A DNA stretch of 60,094 bases, counting the filler, from Squatina squatina (lineage: Eukaryota): the NCBI GenBank assembly GCA_031763465.1. It is 4 parts of 4 records of this genome, joined end to end, with 100 filler letters (N's around TTAATTAATTAA, not from the genome) between each part and the next. Parts side by side here need not be neighbours in the genome. Positions count along the whole stretch, not along the records: positions 44,704 to 60,094 come from JARFOE010000039.1; 3 more parts are not named here. One strand, given 5' to 3'. Numbering within the stretch: position 1 is the first letter of the stretch; every line of letters begins with the position of its first letter. Below the pieces are notes generated by a model, which searched no databases, was not told where the DNA came from, and saw only the letters and a program-made list of their open reading frames with translations. The translations under genes were made by a program, and so were the position numbers. Below, in pieces: positions 49,801 through 60,094 of this stretch.

Positions 49801-51054
49801 AATTGTTTCGTAACTAATTTGGCACAGCTGCCCTTCCTCCCCACCCAAAAATATAATTGACACTTTATACATTTTATATTAACAGGGAAACTAATTGAAG
49901 ACAATGAATGTTGAATACAAGTTGCAGTNNNNNNNNNNNNNNNNNNNNNNNNNNNNNNNNNNNNNNNNNNNNNNNNNNNNNNNNNNNNNNNNNNNNNNNN
50001 NNNNNNNNNNNNNNNNNNNNNNNNNNNNGATGCTCGAGGACCCAGAATTGGACGAGCCCAGAGATCTCGGAGGGTTGCGGGGCTGGAGGAGGCTACAGAG
50101 ATAGGGAGGGGTGCCGACCATGGAGGGACCATTAGCTGCTTTAGTCGGGGTACAGGGGCCGTTGCTGGTGCTGGTAGAAATTGACCCCAGCAGGGGTCAG
50201 CACACACAGCGAAGAGGAGAGAAAAACTAGAAAAGGAAAGCCAGCCAGTTGGAAGCGGAAAATGTGCTGATCCAAAGTGACTGTTATTAGCTGAATGTAG
50301 AGTTCTAATTAAATACTTTAATCTCTGTTTGGCAGTGCCTGGAAATTCAGACCTTTCTGTATGGCTCGCAGCACAAAAAGACAAGAGCTACCCAGCAAAC
50401 AGTCACACTCTTATCCAAGTAAGTGACGCCTCAGTGACCATGCGATCAATGACCCAAGCTGGCTGAAGCTATTGGGAACTTTCTAGAGAACTGCCACACT
50501 ACATCCTTAACTATTGCGTTGCCACGGGGACAGTAATAGTTGCAATAATAATTTCAGTAGCTCTCCCANNNNNNNNNNNNNNNNNNNNNNNNNNNNNNNN
50601 NNNNNNNNNNNNNNNNNNNNNNNNNNNNNNNNNNNNNNNNNNNNNNNNNNNNNNNNNNNNNNNNNNNNCCAGTATCAGGTGATTGTGGAGAAGGTTGGTA
50701 TTACTAGTGTGCCTGGAGATGTTGGTGTTAGAGCTGATCGTGGTGGGATTCTGAGGACCAAGGTGAGATTTTTTCAAGGGCACTGATGCTGATGGAATAG
50801 ATGGCAGTAGTTGAGATGACAAAAGTGATCTGTTAATGGCGAGATAGGTTGTTCGAAGGAGATGGCAGTGGATAGAGAATATACTCCAAACACTTCCAAC
50901 CTTCCTAAAGCTGAAAAGTGTATTCCAAATCCTTAAGGCTCCAGCTTCTAACACTGGAAAATGAACAGCTGTGATATAGTAGCTCTTATATCACTTTTGC
51001 AGCTGTTACCTATTCAAAGCAATGGACAGGCACTGAAAACCCGATATACAGGGC

Positions 51055-51580
51055 AATGGTGAGAACACAACTGGAGTACTTAGTACAGTTCTGGTCTCCT
51101 TACCTAAGGAAAGGCATACTCCATTCGTTGCACTCGACTGGTACCTGGGATTGCCCTATGAGGAGAGATTGTGCGGACTAGGCCTATATTCCCTCGAGTT
51201 TAGAAGAATGAGAGGTGATCTCACTGAAACATATAAATTTCTTAAGGGGATGACAGGGTTAACGCTGAGAAGATGTTTCCCCTGGCTGGGGAATCTAGAA
51301 CATGGGGTCAGTCTCAAAATCCATTTAGGTCTGAGATGAGGAGAAATTTCTTCACTCAAAGGGTTATGAATCTTTGGAATTCTCTAACCCAGAGAGCTGT
51401 GGATGCTAAGTCGTTGAATATAGTCAAGACTGAGATCGATACATTTTTGGGAACAAAGGGAATTAAGGGATACGGGGATAGTGCAGGAAGGTGGAGTTGA
51501 GGTAGAAGATCAGCCATGATCTTATCAAATGGTGGAGCAGGCTCGAGGGGCCGAATGGCCTCCTCTTGTCCCTAGCTCTT
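51055..51580 (+). mobile_element. CR1 3' fragment
   Basis: YEERLCGLGLYSLEFRRMRGDLTETYK and MRRNFFTQRVMNLWNSLTQRAV plus the 3' tail. Confidence 0.9.
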
Positions 51581-52578
51581 ACCAAGTTGTCTCACCCAGC
51601 TGTGGTCAGGCTCCTGGTTACAGGCACATGGTATCTTGTCCTGTAGATGGTGCTTCCTGATTTCACACTTTAAAACTATCTACCTATGACCTGACCACAT
51701 CAATTTTTAGACTGGGCATCAGATTTTGGAATAAAACTGCCTTTTAAGCTAACGTAGAGTTAATCAGAGGCCTGGTTTTTCCAATGTGAGGCTCACCTCT
51801 GAAGCAGAGCATGGGACCCAGGGAGATGGAGTGAAAAATAAAGTGAAGGGGATCGAGCACGACTTGTTAGAAATAAAGTTCGAAAAGAATAGATAAACAG
51901 GCCAAATGTAACTGTTTAATGTTGGTTTGATATTATCTAAAATTATTAATTTTTAATTGCCCGTTACCGTAGCAAACCTGACATCTGGATACTTTTATCT
52001 CTCTAATAATGTTTGGGCTGGGAAGTTTTTAAATATGGCTGGCCCAGAGGAGTCTAAAATTCTGTTATCTACAGGTTAAACTGTACAGCACAACAGTTTA
52101 ACAACTGCTTACTGTAAAATACTCTACAAACTTAGCCAGTGCGTGACTGTTACACATCAAATCAGCGCTAAAATATTACCTGAACACAGACAGCTCCGAT
52201 ATATCACTGCAATGTCTTGCTACATTCGGTCAAACCTCTCAGACAGCGATAATTCATTCTTTTGCCTAAAGTCACTTCTGAAAAGTCAAGTCAACAGAAA
52301 CTATTTTATATCACACCTGCCAGGTTATTTGCAAATAGTTATTTTCCATTTGGATTCTGTGGCATTATAAGGCCTCGAGTAACCAGAAGTGTCACAAGTG
52401 TGACACGCACACGTGTGGTTAATGCATCAGATAAATATCTTTCAAGCCAGGTATTATATCAAAGCATAAAAGCATCATTGAGACTGCATAATCTCTGCTC
52501 AATGTCATTTATCCTCTAATGGTGTCTCTAATAACTAGCCTCTAGTTTCAAAACTTTATCCATTCTTCGAAAGGCTCT

Positions 52579-52864
52579 TTACAGTTCATCATCATCAGAC
52601 TGAGGAAAGTCATCTGACTGGTCCTCGCCAAGGTACGTAACGGCAACTTTTTGTTCACCGTGAACCACTTGTGTGACGCCTTCAGACGCAACAATCCTGC
52701 GCTTTGTGAAGACATTTGGAGAAGCAGAGTATTGCATTAGTCCTGAATCAAAAGCTTGAAGATCCTTCTCTTCAACTGCGTCAGTAACCCCCTCTTCATT
52801 GACACCTCTGCTCCCAGATTCCCATTCTTCATACCAATAAACATCATCATCCAGTCTCCTTCCA
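52579..52864 (-). CDS. SYNM: Synemin C-terminal end with stop codon
   Basis: ...VTQVVHGEQKVAVTYLGEDQSDDFPQSDDDEL* resembles the synemin terminus (SVISDEKKVALLYLDNEEEE). Same strand as, and downstream of, the 53092-54157 segment. Confidence 0.7.
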
Positions 52865-52991
52865 GCTGTTCCTTCAGCCACTTGGGCCCTAAGCTCTGGA
52901 ATTCTCCCCCAAATCCTCTGTTTCTCCACCTCGCTTACCTCCTTTAAGATGCTCCTTAAAACCTACCACTGTGACAAAGCTTTTGATCACC
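52865..52991 (+). mobile_element. L2 LINE 3' end fragment abutting SYNM coding sequence
   Basis: ccttcagccacttgggccctaagctctggaattc...cctcctttaagatgctccttaaaacctac...aagcttttgatcacc (GPKLWNS / FKMLLKTY motifs). Confidence 0.8.
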
Positions 52992-53091
52992 NNNNNNNNN
53001 NNNNNNNNNNNNNNNNNNNNNNNNNNNNNNNNNNNNNNNNNNNNNNNNNNNNNNNNNNNNNNNNNNNNNNNNNNNNNNNNNNNNNNNNNNN

Positions 53092-54157
53092 ATACCTGCC
53101 TCACTGGCGTGCATTGACACAATTCTGTCTACATTCATGTGAAGGGTTACTGATGAATCAACAGGGTCCGAGACTCTGTGAATGAACTCTTCTCCGTACA
53201 TCTTACCAGTTGCCTTTTGGAGCCAAGCACTTTGATCAGACAGATCACCTTCCACTTCACTTGACTCAGTCATTTCATGAACAGCTGGACCACCTTGAGA
53301 ACTTGTATATTCACCAGCGTCTTCCACATCACTTGCACTGGTCTCCGGCAAAGCCATGAGCTGCTCTTTAATACCTTCGACCTTTACATTGATTCCGCCA
53401 TCATCGTGCAAAGTATCAACCATTTGAAGGGCTTTCCCACTCAATAATTCCTGAATTTTCTGCTGAGTGTTGAGAAAATTTAGTCCCGACCCTATTTCAT
53501 CTTTGTTTTCTTCATCTTCATTGTATTCTTCCATTGAATCAAAGTCTTCTGGGTCAAGGCTTTGTGACACGTTCACTTCTGCCTCTATAGTGACAACGCC
53601 ACTCTGTGAAGATTGCTGGAAGTTTTTAATATTAATTGATATGTTGTCAGATCCCTCTTGGACATCTCTAGTGAATATCGAAAGCTCATCTCTCAGACTC
53701 TCTGGTACAGCCCCTTTCAGTTGCTGTAATGCTCCTTTCAATTTAAGTTTAGGATCCTCCATTTCCTCGTTCAGTAGTTCCACAATGGATGCCTGAACAC
53801 CGTGTGAAACTTTAATCGATTCTTCGATTAGGCACGGTGCCGAGAGTTCTTTTGTCAAGGAATCTTGCCGTGTGGCTTTGGTCTGTTCAACCTTTGCTGC
53901 GCCTTGAGGGTGTTGCAACCTCATTTTGGTTTCATTTATTCCAGACAATTCTGCTTCTGTGCTAACCATTTCGTGTGCTTTTTCATTTGAAGAAGGAAAG
54001 CTAGATGAGCTCTCCGTGAATTTCTGCAACACCGGTTCTGTATTTGACAGCATCGTTTTCCTAAAGTCCGCAGCAGTCATTGTGATATTTAAGACTTCTT
54101 CATATCGGTCATCTTTTCCTTCCTGATCGTTCTCCTCTGCTCCAAAAGACAATGGAG
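53092..54157 (-). CDS. SYNM: Synemin (type IV intermediate filament), part of the large tail-domain exon
   Basis: Gap-to-gap open acidic frame (~355 aa). DPKLKLKGALQQLKGAVPESLRDELSIFTRDVQEGSDNISINIKNFQQ...VTIEAEVNVSQSLD matches the synemin block LEETLPERMREELSALTRE...VSVDVKKVQ...TLVAEVNVSQTVD. Confidence 0.85.
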
Positions 54158-54596
54158 NNNNNNNNNNNNNNNNNNNNNNNNNNNNNNNNNNNNNNNNNNN
54201 NNNNNNNNNNNNNNNNNNNNNNNNNNNNNNNNNNNNNNNNNNNNNNNNNNNNNNNNNAGGAAACTGTTGCACACCCACTTCTAGGACAAGTTGAAGAAAT
54301 GTCCCCTGAGCCCCCTTTATGCCATCTGTTCCCCCCAATTGATCAAAAGATTCAAGTCTGTCTTTTCAACTTATTCTAAATTGGGAATCGAATCCTATCC
54401 AGCTGAATGTAACTGAAGTATTCTAAGGTAAGCCAAACAAATTTGGAGAGGTCAGACAAGAGGTGCTTCATATAATTAATTAGCTTCTGAACTCAGTGAA
54501 ATGAGAGAAGAGATTATTATGTCAAATGGCAGCTGTTAGATATCTGAAATCTTGGTGTAATTAACTTTGCATCTACCAAAATGGTTAAAAGTAACA

Positions 54597-55207
54597 GGGG
54601 CCCCAATTGGTATTCCCTCATGCCCTGGTAGCGCAAATCAACGGCATTACCCGGGCGCGAAAGCAGCGTAGAATTAAAAATTCCCGATTTGCCCAATTGG
54701 GACAGGCGCCCCAGTAGCACTAAGGCCTCGTCGCCGGGGACGCCGTTGACGTAGAATCGGAGGGCGGTTCGCCGGCAAGGCCCCAGGCATTGGCAACGAC
54801 AAACCGCCATATTTTTGCATCGACCAACTTCATTGTGGGCCAAGAGCCCCATTTGCCGGCATGCTCTCTGGTGTGCCGACATTTTTCCCCACAGGGATCC
54901 AGGTCCCTGGTGGTCCAGCGGTGCTGGATTGCCCTTCAATGGAGAAGCCTGTGGCCCTTCCCTTCAAGGCAGGCGGCGGGGCCGCAGCTGGCGCATGCAC
55001 GGTGGCCCTGGCAGTGTGGCTCCAGCCACGTTACCAATCCAAGCTAGCAGTGATGCGGCACTGGCCGGGTCAGCGCCACGTTGCGGTGACCCGGAATGAT
55101 GACTAAGTCACCAATTCCCCAGAACTGACCCTCGCTGCCGGCAAGGCGCCCCCATGACGAGGGAGCCCCGAATGCAGTATCCGGTTTGGGCGCTGCCCAG
55201 TTGGGCC
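54597..55207. mobile_element. Candidate GC-rich non-autonomous DNA transposon (Harbinger-type MITE)
   Basis: Sharply bounded CpG-rich island with imperfect terminal inverted repeats (ggggccccaattgg ... ccagttgggcc); no coherent ORF. Confidence 0.5.
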
Positions 55208-57483
55208 TTCTGAAAAGTTAGCAGCAAGATGATGTGTTTATTTGCCCTGTTTGCTTCTACAGATAAAGAATTAGAGAGAGCATTAAGATGGCAGAATGTG
55301 CAAATGGGGAAGACTCATACTGCTGCAGTCGGTATGCCCACCGAGCAACAAGGTGAAGGCATGTTGTTGGGGAAAAGAACACGGTTCCGTTCCCCAGAAC
55401 ATAAGTTTGTCACTTCGACTGCCAAAAATAAAAATAAATTACATGCCTTTTTAAACATGCTCATATGGATGAGCTATTCTGCCTTGAATTAGTTCAGCCC
55501 TTTGAGCATTGAATTTAATTTGTATGTACATGCATAACTACCTTTATATATGCAACTGAAGTAAATGACACTCACTTAACTTCCTTTGCAAGAATAGATT
55601 TTGGAAATCATTCAAAGTGCACTCAAGTGTAATGAGCACTGCACACTGCTATGCAAATGATATAGAAAATTGAAAACCAATCAGTGCAGTATTTACTAAA
55701 AGTTACCTGAGGTATGACTACTATGCCGGTCCAAAGGGAAAAAAAAGTTTTTCAATCATTTAAAATCTAGTTTTCCCCCTCTCTCCTGAAGATGCAGATT
55801 GTTACTGTGGTGCAGCGGTGGAATCTATCCAGTACTACGTCCAGCAGGCTGTCGTTTAAACGTGAGCCAAGACAGAATGTCCACAAACCTTTTATTTGTG
55901 AAGTGCCGTTACAGCCCAGCCGGAGCCTGTACCTCACCTTACATCCACACACACACACACTTTCTAACAAATGGCCGTAAGCAGATCGCAGCTGCTTTTC
56001 TTCGCACTGCCTGTCTCGGGGACACCGACGCCAGCGCTTGCAGCCGTTCAGTGACTGAGGGTCAACTCGACACAGACTGGCAATCAGTCCTGGGACACTC
56101 CACATCTGCATAGCCCGGAACCACACCGAGTGGTGGACTGAGCCATCGGAGAAGCTGACTGCAAAGCTGTGTAGCTAACTCCGTGCTGATGGATGGAATT
56201 ATGAATTTCCCACTGCCTCCCTAGGAGCAGGAGCTAGTCGAATTATCACATTTATATAAACTGCTAATGCTGCCTGTTGTAAAATATTAACTACACAACC
56301 ACAGAACCCGTCGGCTTGTGACTGTATAAATCAGAAGAGTGAATTTGCTTCAAATCATATGCCTTAACCTGTCTTTTTAAAGGTTTATATTTTTGCACAG
56401 TGCATCATGTATTTTCCTCCTGTTGTCACTGATTCGATGATGATTTGAGGTTAGTAAAACTTTACTTAATAACTTTAATAACAAATTGTGATCGTGTTCT
56501 ATTTTTCTTCCTGTACAAAAAATTGTTTTTTTTTTACGGTCCTCAAAGGATTGGCTTCAGGGCAACGGAGCAGCTCGATGGGGTAAACAGAGCCTTNNNN
56601 NNNNNNNNNNNNNNNNNNNNNNNNNNNNNNNNNNNNNNNNNNNNNNNNNNNNNNNNNNNNNNNNNNNNNNNNNNNNNNNNNNNNNNNNNNNNNNNNNNNN
56701 NNNNNNNNNNNNNNNNNNNNNNNNNNNNNNNNNNNNNNNNNNNNNNNNNNNNNNNNNNNNNNNNNNNNNNNNNNNNNNNNNNNNNNNNNNNNNNNNNNNN
56801 NNNNNNNNNNNNNNNNNNNNNNNNNNNNNNNNNNNNNNNNNNNNNNNNNNNNNNNNNNNNNNNNNNNNNNNNNNNNNNNNNNNNNNNNNNNNNNNNNNNN
56901 NNNNNNNNNNNNNNNNNNNNNNNNNNNNNNNNNNNNNNNNNNNNNNNNNNNNNNNNNNNNNNNNNNNNNNNNNNNNNNNNNNNNNNNNNNNNNNNNNNNN
57001 NNNNNNNNNNNNNNNNNNNNNNNNNNNNNNNNNNNNNNNNNNNNNNNNNNNNNNNNNNNNNNNNNNNNNNNNNNNNNNNNNNNNNNNNNNNNNNNNNNNN
57101 NNNNNNNNNNNNNNNNNNNNNNNNNNNNNNNNNNNNNNNNNNNNNNNNNNNNNNNNNNNNNNNNNNNNNNNNNNNNNNNNNNNNNNNNNNNNNNNNNNNN
57201 NNNNNNNNNNNNNNNNNNNNNNNNNNNNNNNNNNNNNNNNNNNNNNNNNNNNNNNNNNNNNNNNNNNNNNNNNNNNNNNNNNNNNNNNNNNNNNNNNNNN
57301 NNNNNNNNNNNNNNNNNNNNNNNNNNNNNNNNNNNNNNNNNNNNNNNNNNNNNNNNNNNNNNNNNNNNNNNNNNNNNNNNNNNNNNNNNNNNNNNNNNNN
57401 NNNNNNNNNNNNNNNNNNNNNNNNNNNNNNNNNNNNNNNNNNNNNNNNNNNNNNNNNNNNNNNNNNNNNNNNNNNNNNNNNNN

Positions 57484-57803
57484 CAAGAAAGAAACAGCTT
57501 ACATTTATATACCACATTTCACAATTAAGTAAATTACCAAATCATCTGTTTGAGGTTGGCTGAGGAAATCAAAATTGGCCAGGACACTGTGGAGAACTCC
57601 CCTGCTCTTCTTCGAATAGCGCCATGGGATTTTTTACGTTCACCTGAGGGGGCAGATGGGGCTTTGGTTTAACATCTCATCTCAAAGACAGCATCTCCAA
57701 CAGTGCAGTGCTTCCTCAGTACTGCACTGGAGTCTCTGTTGTGGGACATGAACTCAACCTTCTGACTCACGGGTGAGTGTGCTACCACTCAGCCAAGGCA
57801 GAC
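57484..57803 (-). mobile_element. Near full-length Deu-domain SINE with tRNA-like head (internal deletion)
   Basis: Tail aagaaagaaac..ttacatttatata, core cccctgctcttcttcgaatagcgccatgggat...cctcagtactgcactggagt, head aaccttctgactca...gtgctaccactcagccaaggc. Confidence 0.85.
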
Positions 57804-58734
57804 ATTAAAGTCACCTCCTCCAACCCAACATGAAATTTGAGAACAGGAACTTGTGCTAGCAAAATGTTAAAGAAAAATAATGAAAATATACAACTGGTTA
57901 TAAAACAGAACATGTCCACAACCACACAAAGACAGTGGTGTGGTACTTAGTTGGTTCTGCCAAAACTGAATTTTAAATATAGTCCGCAGCAGTTTTGAAA
58001 TGGACAAATCGCTTCCTGAAAAAGGAAATTAATTTGAAGTGGAAAAAAACTTATACAAGCATTAGTCAAGACTGTAGTTTTAAACTATTTAAGGAGCAGT
58101 GGCTTTAGTAAGAATGCTGCTCTACGTTCCGGCACCATATCTCTGACAGACTTTACTGAAGCGTTAGCAGCTCTGTCTGCAAGATTGAGACAGTTTTCTG
58201 GTAACTGCAGGAAATTTTATATTTATTCCTACATGAAGGAGAAATTAAGTCACTGGAGAGGAAAATTGGGCGGGGTGCATGATGGACCAATCCAACATCG
58301 CCAGTTTTCCACCCCCATCGAAGTTGAAGGTTACCCCCTATAGAGTAGCTCCCCTCCTCCCCATCCAAAAAAGTAATATAACCCTTCAACATAAGTACCT
58401 CAATGGATGCTTTCTAATATCTGTGCGCACATGAATAAATACACTGGACAATGATTTGATTAAAGAGAGCTGCATCTCTTGTAAATTGCAGATCTAGAAA
58501 AGGCAAACTTGGCAGAAATTAACTTGTAAGAGTTGGTAATACTAAGGAGTCCTTAAATAACAGAAGGACAACACTGAATGATTGGGAAATCAACAGAAAA
58601 AAAGGGATAGAATTGTGCAAAGCAGAACAAGTAAAGAATTCTCTCATACATCCTGAAAAAATGTGACTACAGTAGAAAAGATTAAAAGGCCACCCAAGTT
58701 GTCAATACTACTCTGATATTCAATGAATACCTGG

Positions 58735-58922
58735 GGTGAGAGGAGTTTTTTTTTTATGCAGCGCGTTATGATGATCTGGAATGCACTGCCTGAAAAAGGT
58801 GCTCGAACTTCAACAGTAACTCCAAAGGGAATTGGGTTGCACACCTGAAAAGTAGAAATTTGCAGGGTTATGGGGACAGAGTCGGGGAATGGGACTAATT
58901 GGATAGCTCTTTCATGATTCTA
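58735..58922 (+). mobile_element. CR1 3' fragment
   Basis: FFMQRVMMIWNALPE remnant plus gcagggttatggggacagagtcggggaatgggactaattggatagctctttca. Confidence 0.8.
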
Positions 58923-60094
58923 TAATAGGCACACGATGTTTCGAGACCGTACTCATCTTCACATTATTCTGTTACTGGTTGCTTCTCCCTGGTAATATCT
59001 TCTCATGAGCTGTTGCTGATTCTCTTCCAGGAGCGATGTTTGATCACACAGCGCTCTTAAGACTAACTCCACTCTCAGCCTTATTCATTATCGCCCCAAA
59101 TGTCTTTCCTACAAAGTATATTGCTTTAGGGCTAAAATGATCATAAATATTTTACTGCAGTCATCAACACACCCATGTACTTGTTTTTTTTAAAAACAGA
59201 GCAACAGTGGCTGACTGGCTAACAAAGAACCAGTTTCCACGAGCTGAATGAACAACCCACGGAAGCTGTGCCTCTGAGCTCCTGCAACAGTTACCACTAT
59301 TACTTCAAGTGGTAAGGGGTTTACTGATAGCTCATGGTTTAAAATCAACTTTTGCAAACAAGACCTAGGGTGAAATTGGCAGTTAAATCATTGGAACAGA
59401 GAATCTGGTCACAGGTTTGGTTTATTGGTATTAAGCACAGGGTACACCAAGTGTTTGATATTCAACACCCACTCCATACGGTTTATGGACACTTCTTCCC
59501 ACCCCATTCATGCACCAGATGACATCAATTCACCAATCCAGCTACCATGCTCCAATTTTTGCACAAGGCTGCACGCTATTGGGTACTGAACAAGTACAGC
59601 AAGAAGTAGATTACACAGTCCATAAAATCGATTTCACAAGCATGAAAATATTCAAGTTGGAGTAGCCGGCAGGCAATTCAACAGACAGCAAACAGAGCAT
59701 CTGCGTACTCATAATTTTGCATACTATTGTGAAATAAACAGTGGGAATATAAATTTAAAACTAAATAAAACTAGGGGGTTGGATGATAAAGTTGGTTGAA
59801 TTTAAACTTGTAGCTTTAACTTTTGGGTTCAAATCCAGCTCTGATTTTTCTCAATGGTGGCTGTAAGCACCATACATGAAGTGAGTTCAGGCAGTGTCAC
59901 CTGAGATCCAACTGCGTGCAGACCTGGAGCACAAAGTGGTCCGAAGTTAGTATGAATTGTCACTGTACTGCCATTCTACTCAAGGTGCCACAAATGCTGG
60001 GGTTAATATATACTGTTGGGCTACAAAAACAGAAACTTTCCGACAAATCTGATTATAACTGACCCAAAAGGGCTCGATATTGCCATTGGATACA

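Noticed and set aside
57740-57803. tRNA-like A/B boxes
   Set aside because: They are the tRNA-derived head of a SINE, not a tRNA gene.

Overview
Eukaryotic genomic DNA, most likely from a cartilaginous fish (inferred from shark-type Deu-domain SINEs, CR1/L2/Penelope/Harbinger relics and a Torpedo-like ColQ peptide). It is a heavily gapped pseudo-scaffold, not a contiguous locus. Three identical 100-bp linkers (44 N + TTAATTAATTAA + 44 N) split it into four blocks, each carrying isolated exons of different genes: COLQ PRAD exon (block 1), CCSER1 exon (block 2), SIX6 promoter, exon 1 and C-terminal tail (block 3), and MAP1A, TUBGCP4 and synemin SYNM (block 4). Most ORF-track entries are N read-through or transposon debris. 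The most notable observations are: a SIX6 copy whose homeodomain is replaced by a minisatellite and repeats (probably a mis-join, testable with reads); a ~1.6-kb foldback with ~680-bp inverted arms; a 31-bp minisatellite made of NRF1-like and ETS-core motifs; a 33-bp minisatellite born inside a SINE; and a ~200-bp palindrome. I found no convincing new multi-gene system, CRISPR array, rRNA or tRNA gene. Gene and repeat calls come from recalled sequences, not database searches.
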